Assembly (NCBI GenBank): GCA_963714745.1 | Contig: CAVQPK010000007.1 | Coordinates: forward strand, 135,959 to 199,958 | Length of the DNA: 64,000 bases | Source of the DNA: an uncultured Acidobacteriota bacterium | Lineage (GTDB): Bacteria; Acidobacteriota; Thermoanaerobaculia; Thermoanaerobaculales; Sulfomarinibacteraceae | Direction of reading: 5' to 3' | Shown here: in pieces, positions 25,549 through 37,623 of the stretch | How positions within the stretch are numbered: the stretch's first letter is position 1 | Layout of the letters: the number at the start of each line of letters is the position of its first letter | Translations under genes and position numbers: made by a program | Notes under the pieces: model-generated | What the model was told of the DNA's origin: nothing | Database searches by the model: none | What the model saw: the letters and a program-made list of their open reading frames with translations, nothing else

Positions 25549-26361
25549 CTACCGCCTCCCGCTCTGCGCCCGGCCGCCCGGCGCCTCGATGATCACGCTG
25601 CAGCAGGTCACGGCGCCCTCGGCCAGAGCCAGCTGCGAAAGATCAACCGCGCGGACCTCGATGCCACGAGCTTCGAGGCGGTCGCGGGTGCGCCCAAAGG
25701 CAGCCGCCACGACCACCGTTCGACCGATTCGCAGCGCGTTCGCCGCGTGGGGCTCCGACGGGTCGACCTCGAGCCACTCGTGGCCGGAGAAGTCCCGCGG
25801 GTCGACCCACTGCGGGTTGACCAGGACGACGCCGTCGTCGACCGAAGTGGCCGCGCTCTTGAGGTGCAGGCAGCCGGTCACCGGTATCACGACCACCCGG
25901 TACCCGGAGGGCTCGACCGCCGCCGCGAGCGCCGTGGCGCCCGCCCGGTCGGAACGGCTCGTGCGGCCGACGAAGAGCGTCCGGCCCAGGCGGAGCACGT
26001 CGCCTCCGTCGAGTGCCGCAGGGCTCTCGAGGCGGACCACCGGCCGATGGCGGGAGATGGCCTCGGCCACGCTCGCGACCTCGGCGCGGCGCGCGGGCGC
26101 CCCGGGTCGGGTGGCCACCGCGAGCTCGTCGAGCACCACCGCACAGTCCTCCACGAACACCGCGTCGGGGTGGTCGTCGAGGGCCGGAAGGCGCTCGAGC
26201 CGGCAGCCCAGCTCCTCGAGCACGGCCTCGTAGGCGGCGTGCTGGGCCCGGGCGAGCGCGACGTCGATCGGCGTCCGCTCGAGGTGAGTGAGCTGGCACC
26301 GGTCGAGGGTCGCGCTGACCGGACGGGTGAGGGCGACTCGGGCGTTGGTCCGTGGCTCCAC
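25549..26361 (-). CDS. dimethylarginine dimethylaminohydrolase-like (amidinotransferase/DDAH superfamily)
   Basis: Part of ORF 25549..26739(-), from GTG 26361. ...PDAVFVEDCAVV...ATRPGAPARRAE...LDGGDVLRLGRTLFVGRTSRSD...CLHLKSA...EGAVTCCSVI.... The pattern, including the C-terminal catalytic Cys, matches P. aeruginosa DDAH. Confidence 0.8.
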   Translation of the reverse strand: MEPRTNARVALTRPVSATLDRCQLTHLERTPIDVALARAQHAAYEAVLEELGCRLERLPALDDHPDAVFVEDCAVVLDELAVATRPGAPARRAEVASVAEAISRHRPVVRLESPAALDGGDVLRLGRTLFVGRTSRSDRAGATALAAAVEPSGYRVVVIPVTGCLHLKSAATSVDDGVVLVNPQWVDPRDFSGHEWLEVDPSEPHAANALRIGRTVVVAAAFGRTRDRLEARGIEVRAVDLSQLALAEGAVTCCSVIIEAPGGRAQSGRR

Positions 26362-26481
26362 GCCGCCATCATACGCGCCGTCCACCGGTCGGAATCTCGA
26401 ACCGCCCGAGCCTCGGCCAGCTGCATGGCGGGACCCGCAGGCTCGTGTAGACTGGTTCTCATCGAGGAGACGGGGGTCAAC

Positions 26482-26862
26482 ATGAGCGGTGCCGAACGGC
26501 CTGCTGTGGGATCGATCGGATGGTTTGACCTGACGGTCGCCGACGCGCCGCGAATCCGCGACTTCTACACCGCGGTCACCGGCTGGACGTCGAGCGAGAT
26601 CGACATGGGAGGCTACGCCGACTTCGTGATGGTGCCGCCCGGCGGCGGTGGGGTTGCCGGAGTCTGCCACGCGCGGGGCGCCAACGACGATCTCCCGGTC
26701 GCCTGGCTCGCCTACGTGGTGATCGAGGACCTCGACCACAGCCTGGCCCGCGTGGTCGAGCTCGGCGGGTCGGTCGTTGCGGGTCCGAAGTCGATGGGGG
26801 AGGCGCGATACGCCGTCATCCGCGACCCGGCCGGCGCGGTGATCGCGCTCTACCAGGCCTGA
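26482..26862 (+). CDS. VOC (glyoxalase/bleomycin-resistance fold) family protein
   Basis: Inside ORF 25438..26862, from MSGAERPAVGSIGWFDLTV (ATG 26482, GAGGAG upstream). ...FYTAVTGW...YAVIRDPAGAVIALYQ. Confidence 0.8.
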   Translation: MSGAERPAVGSIGWFDLTVADAPRIRDFYTAVTGWTSSEIDMGGYADFVMVPPGGGGVAGVCHARGANDDLPVAWLAYVVIEDLDHSLARVVELGGSVVAGPKSMGEARYAVIRDPAGAVIALYQA

Positions 26863-26869
26863 CCCGACC

Positions 26870-27550
26870 TCAGTACGCGAGGCTCTCGGGGCCCCACCAG
26901 GGCAGGATCTCGGCGATGAAATAGCCGGCGGCGATCGCCGGGTCCTCGGCGCTGAGCGCCTCCGCCGCCGCGAGCGAGTCCGTCACGTAGAGCGAGATGC
27001 CGGGCAGCCAGCGCTCGGGCTCCTGCTCCCCGAACGGCCCGGCCAGGCGGAGCGTGCCGGCCGCGGCCTGCCGCCGGATGTGGCCGAAGTGGCCGACCAT
27101 CAGCGCGGCGCGGCGCGTCTCGTCGATCCCCTGCTGAGCGGGACCGGGGCGCAGGATGGTGATGAAGTACTGCACCATCAAGCCCTCCGGCTCGGCCGAC
27201 CGGGCCGTCTCCACCTCCTGGTTGCCGGCGGCACGGATCACGTCCAGCCGCAACGTGCGCACCTTGCCGAGCCAGGAGAACGGACCGGTCACCACAACCG
27301 GGCGCGTCGTCAGCCCCTGTAGCCGCTCGAGGTCGATCCGCTCGACCCCGTGGAGCAGGAAGATCTCGCCGTTGGCGGCCTCGAGCACCACCGGGTTGCC
27401 CGGACGCAAACAGTCGGCGGGCGGCTGGTGCTCGGTGCACCCCGCGACCGCCAGCGTACCGACCACGGTCTTGCGCTCGCCGTTGACGGGTTCGGCCGGC
27501 GCCGTGGAGGCGACCGCGAGAAGGAACATGGCGGTGGCGAATCTGGGCAT
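26870..27550 (-). CDS. secreted protein with C-terminal YciI-like domain
   Basis: ORF 26870..27619(-), start taken at MPRFATAMFLLAVASTAPA (ATG 27550). C-terminal ...MVQYFITILRPGP...HFGHIRRQAAAGTLRLAGPFG...DPAIAAGYF... resembles YciI. Confidence 0.6.
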   Translation of the reverse strand: MPRFATAMFLLAVASTAPAEPVNGERKTVVGTLAVAGCTEHQPPADCLRPGNPVVLEAANGEIFLLHGVERIDLERLQGLTTRPVVVTGPFSWLGKVRTLRLDVIRAAGNQEVETARSAEPEGLMVQYFITILRPGPAQQGIDETRRAALMVGHFGHIRRQAAAGTLRLAGPFGEQEPERWLPGISLYVTDSLAAAEALSAEDPAIAAGYFIAEILPWWGPESLAY

Positions 27551-27610
27551 CGGGGTCTCCATCCGGGTGCAATCGAGACTGATTCTACGCCCTGAGGCAG
27601 CAGCTGATGC

Positions 27611-27646
27611 AAACAACAAAGAGAGCCGGCCTCTCGGCCGGCTCTC
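27611..27646 (-). terminator. rho-independent terminator of the SLH-protein gene
   Basis: Perfect 11-bp stem GAGAGCCGGCC / GGCCGGCTCTC (27621-27631 / 27636-27646) with loop TCTC. On the minus strand it is followed by TTTGTTGTTT (27620-27611). Confidence 0.7.
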
Positions 27647-27670
27647 ACTGGTCGCGGTTGTTGGTGAGGA

Positions 27671-28498
27671 CTAGTTCTCGAAGTGCAGCCCGAGGGCCTT
27701 GGCGAGGAAGACCGCCATCTGGGCGCGGGTGACCGGGCTGTCCGGGCAGAAGGTGGTCGGGCCGCAGCCGCCGGTGATGCCCGAGTCCTTGAGCGCTTCG
27801 ACATGCTGGAAGGCCCAGTGGCCGGTGGGCACGTCGGTGAACGAAGCAGAAGCCGGCGCGGCACTGAGCTGGCGCTGCCAGAGCACGCTCACGGCGCCGT
27901 GCTGAGTCAGCACGTTCGACTTCGTGAAGTCGATGCGCACGGCGTAGGAGATCGTGCCGTACTTGCCATCCGAGTTGATGTCGGCAAAGGTCGTGACGCG
28001 ATGCAACGGAACCACGCACAGCATCTTGTAGCCGTCGTCCCAGCTGACACCCGAGGTGACGGTCGACCCGAGCTGCTTCTGATGCGACGCGCCGGAGGTG
28101 TTCGCGGGGTGTTCGAACTGCCACAGCTCGAGCTCGATCTGAGCGGTCGAGTCGCTGTCGACCACGTACGTGCAGACGGAGCCGACCAGCGCGCCGAGAG
28201 GGATGTCGGTCCCCGCCGGGAGGTCCATGCCGACACCTGCAGCGGTGCCGGTCGAGAGATAGCGGTACCCGTCGAAGAAGGTGTAGTAGGTTTGATCGCT
28301 GTTGAGCGGTACGAACCCGAACGCGGAGTAGGTTGAGGTCTCCGCCCGGCTGATGCCGAAGCCGTCGAGGTCTCGGGTCTCCGAGATGTAGCGGATCGCA
28401 CCCTCGTCGAGGTCCTCCAGCGAGCCCTGAGCCAGCGCGGCAAGCGGAAGGGCCAGCGCGAACGCGGCGGCAATGATCAGTACGCGGCGGATGTCCAT
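27671..28498 (-). CDS. secreted protein with C-terminal S-layer-homology (SLH) domain
   Basis: Part of ORF 27671..28723(-), from MDIRRVLIIAAAFALALPLAALAQG (ATG 28498, AAGGAGG upstream). C-terminal FTDVPTGHWAFQHVEALKDSGITGGC...FCPDSPVTRAQMAVFLAKAL is SLH-like. The N-terminal ~200 aa are unassigned. Confidence 0.75.
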   Translation of the reverse strand: MDIRRVLIIAAAFALALPLAALAQGSLEDLDEGAIRYISETRDLDGFGISRAETSTYSAFGFVPLNSDQTYYTFFDGYRYLSTGTAAGVGMDLPAGTDIPLGALVGSVCTYVVDSDSTAQIELELWQFEHPANTSGASHQKQLGSTVTSGVSWDDGYKMLCVVPLHRVTTFADINSDGKYGTISYAVRIDFTKSNVLTQHGAVSVLWQRQLSAAPASASFTDVPTGHWAFQHVEALKDSGITGGCGPTTFCPDSPVTRAQMAVFLAKALGLHFEN

Positions 28499-28947
28499 CT
28501 CGTCCTCCTTGTGGTCGCGGCCCCGCGATCGCGGCGGCCGTTCCTGGTGCCGGGTGCTCCCGGCGGGCTGTCGATCCTCGACCACAACGATCGTTCCTGC
28601 GGTGAGTTCAGTGAAGGGACCAACGCGACAGGGACGTGCACCGCCGCGACAGCGACGTGTCTCAGCGCGACGCGGGGACTGAACCACCGACACGCAGAGA
28701 CGCAGCGTGGGCCGTGCTCGCAACCCAGGCGACCGGTGAGCGAACGTGGCCGCTTCGGTTCACACGGAGGCGAGAGCCCGGGGTCGGGCGAAGGGCGGCA
28801 GGTGGCGGGCGCGCGCCGCCCGCAGCCGGCCGCCCCCACCGGACGGACACGACGTCGGCTTCCCGGATCCGCTGCCGGGATCGTTCCGCCCGACTCGACG
28901 GTCCGAACCGGGAGTGTGCTCTTCGGTGTCCCTGGACCTCCGCAGTC

Positions 28948-32477
<3,530 letters not shown>

Positions 32478-32485
<8 letters not shown>

Positions 32486-34347
32486 GGTCGTCTCCGGCGG
32501 GCTCGACCCGCGAGCGGGCGAGCGCCTCGTCGAGCAGCGGCACCACGTCCTCCGGGCGCTTGAACGGCGCGATGACGTAGACCCCGGCGCACCGTGCCGG
32601 GGCTTCGGCGAGCATCGTCAGGGCGTGCTCGCGACCCAGCCGTGCAGCCTCGGGCCCGGCCTCCTCGAGGGCCGAGATCAGGTTGTCCGGAACCATGATT
32701 CCCGGGACCTCGTGGTGCAGGCGCAGCGCCAGCCGGGCCGAGGTCAGCGGCCAGATCGCGACCAGGGTCGGAATCGGCGTCCGGCCGCCGAGGCGGTCCA
32801 ACATGCGCTCGTAGGGGGCCCACTCGAAGAACACCTGGGTCATCGCGAAGTGGGCTCCGGCGTCGACCTTGCGCTGGAGCCGGTCGAGCTCGTGGTCGAG
32901 GTCGTCGGCGTTGGGGTTGACCGCGACCCCGACCAGGAACGACGGCGGCTCGAGGATCGGGTTTCCGGCGCAGTCGACCCCCTCGGCCATGCGGGAGATC
33001 GCGCGCACCAGCTCGAAGACGTCGACGTGGTAGACGTCGTGCACCCCCGGGTAGTCGCCGAGCTGGGACGGGTCGCCGGTGACCGCGAACAGGTTGCGGA
33101 CGCCGCCCAGCCATGCGCCCAGCAGCTGCGACTGGAGGCCCATCAGCGACGCGTCGCGGGGGGTGATGTGGGGCATGCACTCCAGGCCGGTACGGCGCTG
33201 GATCTCCACCGCCAGCGACAGCGAGTCCATGCGCAGCCGGGCGAGCGGGTTCGAGTTGATGTCGACCGCATGCACGCCGGGGTGGGCGGCGAGCCGCTCG
33301 GCCGCCTGCAGCACCGCGTCCGCGTTGGTGCCCTTGGGCGGGTCGATCTGCACCACGCGCACGAAGCGGCCGCGGTCGAGGCTCTCGGCGAGGGTCGACT
33401 GCGGCCGAGGGGCGGGGTGCGGCGTGGTCCGGGCCACCGTCAGCCGGTGCGGTCCGTGGTGGTGCTCGGGCTTGAGCCCGCGCATCGCCTCGACCATCGC
33501 CTGGATGTGCTCCGGGCCGGTGCCACAGCAGCCGCCCACGATCGACACCCCCAGCGCCGCCGCCTCGCGGGCGAAGCGCGCCAGGTAGGCGGGCGTGGCC
33601 GGCGGCATCAGGAGGCGGCCGTCACGCCGCTGCAGCACCCCGGCGTTGGGCATCGCGACCAGGGTGCAGTCGAGCTCGGGCAGCGCGCGCAGGATCTCCA
33701 GCGTTCCCATCGGACCGGGCGAGCAGTTCGACGCCGACCCCGTCGAGGCCGAGATCGACCACCCGCATGAGGTCGCGGGCGTGGTCCTCCCACTGGTGAG
33801 GCGGGCGCTCGGCGGGAAAGGTCATCATCCCGAGCACCGGCAGCGCGGTCGCCCGGCGCACCGCCTCGGCGGCGACCTCCATCTCGTCGGCCCGGAAGAA
33901 GGTCTCGAGCACGATCAGGTCCGCACCGCGGTCGGCGAGGATCGCCGCCTGCTCGGCGTGGGAGGCGGCGATCGCCTGCCGGCAGGCCGGGTCGTCCATG
34001 TCGAGCACGCCGGCGAGGGGGCCGATCGAGCCCGCGACCAGGCAGTCGCGCCCGGACAGCTCGCGTGCGTCCCGAGCGAGCTTGACTGCCCGGGAGTTGA
34101 CCTCCTCGACCAGGTGCGCGGCGCGGCGGGCGGCGAGGCGGGGGCGAGAGGCGCCGAAGGTGGCGGTTTCGATCAGCTCGGCGCCCGCCTTGAGAAAGCC
34201 GAGGTGGATCTCGAGCACCTCGGCCGGGTGCTCGACTGCGGCCAGGTCGAGAATCGCCCCTGGTTCGAGCCGGGTGAGCAGCTCCGAGCCCATCGCGCCG
34301 TCGGCGACGACCACGTGGTCGGCGAGGCGGTCGGCGAACCGGCTCAC
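32478..34347 (-). pseudogene. bifunctional homocysteine S-methyltransferase / methylenetetrahydrofolate reductase (YitJ-like), one frame break as assembled
   Basis: GTG 34347 (GTGA overlap with the upstream gene). ...VVADGAMGSELL...ETATFGA... continues as ...DLGLDGVGV | NCSPGPMGTLEIL... after removing one base near 33729. Then GGCCGTGPEHI and an MTHFR domain (...HAVDINSNPLARLRMDS...HITPRD...). The stop overlaps the metH start by 8 nt. Confidence 0.85.
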
Positions 34348-35135
34348 TCGCCCTCGTGCTCCCGGTGGCCGTCGGCGCCGAACTTCACCGTCACTCCGTC
34401 CTGGCCTCGGCTCGTGGCGACGAGGTGGCTGTGGATCTCCTGAAAGTCGTCCAGCCTCAGGTTCGCAATCCGGTCGTTGTGGGCGGCGAAGAGGGCGTCG
34501 TTCGGTCCGGCCTCGACCTCGGGTCCGCGCAGCTCGTCGCGCCGGCTCTCCAGCCGCGCGCGCACCTCGGCGAGGGCTCGGGTCGGTCCGAACCGCTGTT
34601 CGAGCTCGCCGAGGAAGCCGAGGTCGTCCTCGGTCGCCGTGAGGAGTCGAGCGTCGGCCGGCTCTGAAAGGCCGGCGTCGAGCCAGTCGTCGTAGACCGT
34701 CGTCTCGAGCCAGCGGAACTCGGACTTCGACATCCGCGCCCGCTCGAGGTTCTCGATCTGGGCGACGATCACGTTGCGGGTGGCGATGATCACCTCGCGC
34801 GCGGTCTCCCACGACTCGTCGCCCCGCTTCTCGATCTCCCGGACCAGGGCCTGCCACGCCTGGTAGCGGGGCTTGAGGTCAGCGCGGACGTCGAGGAAGG
34901 CCTCGAGCCGGTCCGGCGCGACGGCGCCGTCCGCGGGGGGTGTGAAGGGGAAGCTCTCGTCGAGCGCGTCGAGCCGCTTCTCGGCCCGCGCCAGGTCGAG
35001 GATCGGACCGCCCACGGCGCGGCCCTCGCGATACAGCTTCGGTCCCCAGACCACGCCGATCGTCGCCAGGGCGGCCAGCACCACCAGGGCGATGGCGCCG
35101 AACACGCCGATTCTGCCGGAGCTGCGGCGAGTCAT
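34344..35135 (-). CDS. hypothetical N-terminally anchored membrane protein
   Basis: ORF 34344..35255(-), start taken at MTRRSSGRIGVFGAIALVVLAALATIGVV (ATG 35135, GGAGGGAGG upstream). The remainder is helical and acidic. No family recognised. Confidence 0.6.
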   Translation of the reverse strand: MTRRSSGRIGVFGAIALVVLAALATIGVVWGPKLYREGRAVGGPILDLARAEKRLDALDESFPFTPPADGAVAPDRLEAFLDVRADLKPRYQAWQALVREIEKRGDESWETAREVIIATRNVIVAQIENLERARMSKSEFRWLETTVYDDWLDAGLSEPADARLLTATEDDLGFLGELEQRFGPTRALAEVRARLESRRDELRGPEVEAGPNDALFAAHNDRIANLRLDDFQEIHSHLVATSRGQDGVTVKFGADGHREHEGE

Positions 35136-35248
35136 GTCTCCCTCCCTCCGCGCGGGTGCGCGTGGTGCAAGAATAGTATGGTCGTTCGAAGCGGGTGCGC
35201 CGGAGGGGCGGGGAGCCGCCCCCGGCGGCACCGGTCGGGAGGCGCTAG

Positions 35249-36223
35249 ATGGCACGCGCGATCCGCATCCACGAGCACGGCGGTCCCGAGGTGCTGCGCT
35301 GGGACGAGGTCGAGGTCGGGGCGCCGGGACCGGGGCAGGCGCTGGTTCGGCACACCGCAGTGGGCCTGAACTACATCGACACCTATCATCGGACGGGGCT
35401 TTATCCGCTCGAGCTCCCGGCCACTCCGGGGATGGAGGCGGCGGGGATCGTCGAGGCCGTCGGGGAGGGCGTGGCCGAGCTGCGTCCCGGCGACCGGGTC
35501 GCCTACGGCGGGGCGCCCCCGGGGGCCTACGCCGAGGTCCGGGTCATGCCAGCGGATGCGCTGGTCCGGCTGCCGGACGAGATCGACGACCGGGTCGCCG
35601 CCGCGGTCATGGTCAAGGGGATGACCGCGGAGTACCTGGTGCGCAGGACCTACCTCGTCACGCCCGGCGACACGGTGCTGGTCCACGCCGCGGCCGGCGG
35701 GGTCGGGCTCATCCTGTGCCAGTGGGCGAAGCACCTCGGCGCCACCGTGATCGGTACCGTGGGCGGCGACGAGAAGGCCGCGCTCGCGCGCGAGCACGGC
35801 TGCGACCATGTGATCGTCTACACCCGCGAGAGCTTCGTGTCCCGCGTGCGGGAGCTCACCGGCGGCCGCGGCGTGCCGGTGGTCTACGACTCGGTGGGGG
35901 CCGCCACCTGGGACGGCTCCCTCGACTGTCTCCGCCCGCGCGGGCTGATGGTGACCTTCGGCAACGCCTCCGGACCGGTGCCGCCGATCCAGCCGCTGGT
36001 GCTGTCCCAGAAGGGCTCGATCTACCTCACCCGGCCGACCCTGATGAGCTACAACGCGACCCGAGAGGAGCTGCTCGACAGCGCCGCGGCGCTGTTCGAC
36101 GTGATCCGGTCCGGGGCGGTGAGAATCCAGGTCCGCCAGACCTGGCCGCTGAGCGAGGCCGCCGACGCCCACCGCGCCCTCGAGGCGAGAAAGACCACCG
36201 GCTCCACCGTCCTCCTGCCGTAG
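35249..36223 (+). CDS. qor: NADPH:quinone oxidoreductase (zeta-crystallin / MDR family)
   Basis: ORF 35249..36223. ...VGLNYIDTYHRTGLYP...PGMEAAGIVEAVGEGV...VLVHAAAGGVGLI.... Confidence 0.9.
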   Translation: MARAIRIHEHGGPEVLRWDEVEVGAPGPGQALVRHTAVGLNYIDTYHRTGLYPLELPATPGMEAAGIVEAVGEGVAELRPGDRVAYGGAPPGAYAEVRVMPADALVRLPDEIDDRVAAAVMVKGMTAEYLVRRTYLVTPGDTVLVHAAAGGVGLILCQWAKHLGATVIGTVGGDEKAALAREHGCDHVIVYTRESFVSRVRELTGGRGVPVVYDSVGAATWDGSLDCLRPRGLMVTFGNASGPVPPIQPLVLSQKGSIYLTRPTLMSYNATREELLDSAAALFDVIRSGAVRIQVRQTWPLSEAADAHRALEARKTTGSTVLLP

Positions 36224-36230
36224 GGCTGAA

Positions 36231-36378
36231 CCACAGAGAGACACAGAGGCACAGAGGAGCTCAGAGAATCCCTTTCTCCCGAGGGCCAGGACGGGGCTCG
36301 CGCCGAGCGGGAGCCCCGTCCTGGATGCCTTGGGGGGAGGGGGCTCTGTGTCTCTCTGTGTCCTCCGTGCCTCTGTGG
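36231..36378. repeat. CACAGAG-rich palindromic element (copy B) with a nested perfect hairpin
   Basis: Outer arms CCACAGAGAGACACAGAGGCACAGAGGAGC (36231-36260) and GCTCTGTGTCTCTCTGTGTCCTCCGTGCCTCTGTGG (36343-36378). Inner perfect 14-bp stem CCAGGACGGGGCTC / GAGCCCCGTCCTGG (36286-36299 / 36311-36324). It lies between convergent qor and the UDG gene. Confidence 0.65.
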
Positions 36379-36397
36379 TATTCCGCCGCGCTCTCCG

Positions 36398-37111
36398 CTA
36401 CGGGATCGCGATTCCGAGGGCGGCGAGCTGGGCCTCGGCCTGGGCGGCCCAGCCCCGGTTGGCGAGCGGGCTTGCCGGGGAGGGATGGAGCACCTCGCCG
36501 ATCTTCACGCCCGCGCCGCCGAGCACCTTCTCGGCGCGGGTGCGGGCGAAGCGGCCGACGCCGATCAGCCACTCGGGCTCGAGGACCTCGATCGTGCTGC
36601 GCAGCGCCCGGTCGCAGGCCGCCTCGAGCGGGGCCCGCGCCGAGGCCGGCAGCTTGTCCGGGGTCAGGTTGCGCCCCGAGACCTCGAGGAAGGCGAGCGG
36701 GCAGTAGTTGGCGACGAAGAACCGGGCGAAGAAGCGCTCGGGGGTGCCGAAGCGCTCCCGCGCCCAGCCCCACAGGCGCTGGCCCGAGACCTCCACCCGC
36801 GGGCAGTCGAGCCCCTGAACGGGCCGCTTCGGGTGCTCGTCGGCCGGCCGTCCGACCGGCTCGTCGATCGCCAGCCACTCCCGCACCGTCACCACGTCGC
36901 CGAAGGGCACCCCGGTCTGGGCCATCCCGAACGGTCCCGGGTTCATGCCCAGCAGAACCACCTGCGTGCGGCCCCCGCCGAAGCGCGCGAGGTAAGCCTC
37001 GTGCGAGGCGCGGGCGTAGATGAGCGGGTTGTAGACATGGGCCGCCGGAGAGGGAAACGCGAGCTGGTCGACCTCGGCGGCGAGCGCGCGGGAGATCTCG
37101 ATCAACGTCAT
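36398..37111 (-). CDS. uracil-DNA glycosylase, SMUG1-like (UDG family 3)
   Basis: ORF 36398..37111(-). Motif 1 LLGMNPGPFGMAQTGVPFG and motif 2 HPSPASP. Confidence 0.85.
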   Translation of the reverse strand: MTLIEISRALAAEVDQLAFPSPAAHVYNPLIYARASHEAYLARFGGGRTQVVLLGMNPGPFGMAQTGVPFGDVVTVREWLAIDEPVGRPADEHPKRPVQGLDCPRVEVSGQRLWGWARERFGTPERFFARFFVANYCPLAFLEVSGRNLTPDKLPASARAPLEAACDRALRSTIEVLEPEWLIGVGRFARTRAEKVLGGAGVKIGEVLHPSPASPLANRGWAAQAEAQLAALGIAIP

Positions 37112-37247
37112 CGCGCGTCATGGTAGGGCATCGGACGTGAGGAACGAGGAGTGAGCACGGACGCCGGACGGGTCGAGACGAGTGGAGGGCCGCAGAAGCG
37201 CCGGCGATCCCCGTGGGGGGTCGCGAGAGCGCTGTCCGGCACTGCGT

Positions 37248-37424
37248 TCACTCCTGGGTCGCGGGCGGCTCGGGCGCGTACAGCCGCTCGACCCACTCCC
37301 GGAACCAGGGTGGGCGCGCGATCAGCAGGTAGGCCGCCCCGAGCGCCGTCAGCGGCAGCGCGAACAGGACCACGTCGACCGCGACCAGGGCGACGGCCAG
37401 CACGACTCGCTCCGAGGTGGTCAT
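37248..37424 (-). CDS. possible small membrane protein (58 aa) downstream of copA
   Basis: Below the ORF-track size cutoff. ATG 37424-37422 with GGAGGGAGGAG 7 nt upstream. MTTSERVVLAVALVAVDVVLFALPLTALGAAYLLIARPPWFREWVERLYAPEPPATQE, one or two TM helices, high GC3. Confidence 0.4.
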   Translation of the reverse strand: MTTSERVVLAVALVAVDVVLFALPLTALGAAYLLIARPPWFREWVERLYAPEPPATQE

Positions 37425-37441
37425 CTCTCGCTCCTCCCTCC

Positions 37442-37569
37442 GGTGCCGGGTGCAACACTACAGTAACTTCGTTTTCCCGAGGGTCGGCTTTCCGGTCGTT
37501 GCTGAAGTCGGTAAAGTCGCTCAATACAGGTCTCTTGCGCTATGTTGTTGTATTGTTGCACACGGCACC
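37442..37569. repeat. 128-bp MITE/REPIN-like element bounded by inverted REP-like 26-mers
   Basis: GGTGCCGGGTGCAACACTACAGTAAC (37442-37467) and GTTGTTGTATTGTTGCACACGGCACC (37544-37569). The arms match at 22 of 26 positions in inverted orientation. The same termini flank the RAYT-like gene at 57281-58351. Confidence 0.65.
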
Positions 37570-37623
37570 ATGGGCCGGGTGCCGACCAGCGCAGACTCTG
37601 GAGCAGGCGGATGGGCGGCTGCG

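Noticed and set aside
35136-35248. Possible SAM, SAH or cobalamin riboswitch in front of the methionine operon.
   Set aside because: Only 113 nt are shared with the divergent qor gene. I could not find any conserved riboswitch core (no B12 box, no SAM-I/II/SAH signature), and the interval is too short for promoter plus aptamer plus expression platform.
37248-37424. Interpreting the 58-aa ORF after the P-type ATPase as CcoS/FixS (cbb3 oxidase maturation).
   Set aside because: It lacks the conserved G-Q-(F/Y)-D-D motif, and the ATPase has CopA-type twin HMA domains with copZ upstream. It is kept only as a possible small membrane protein.
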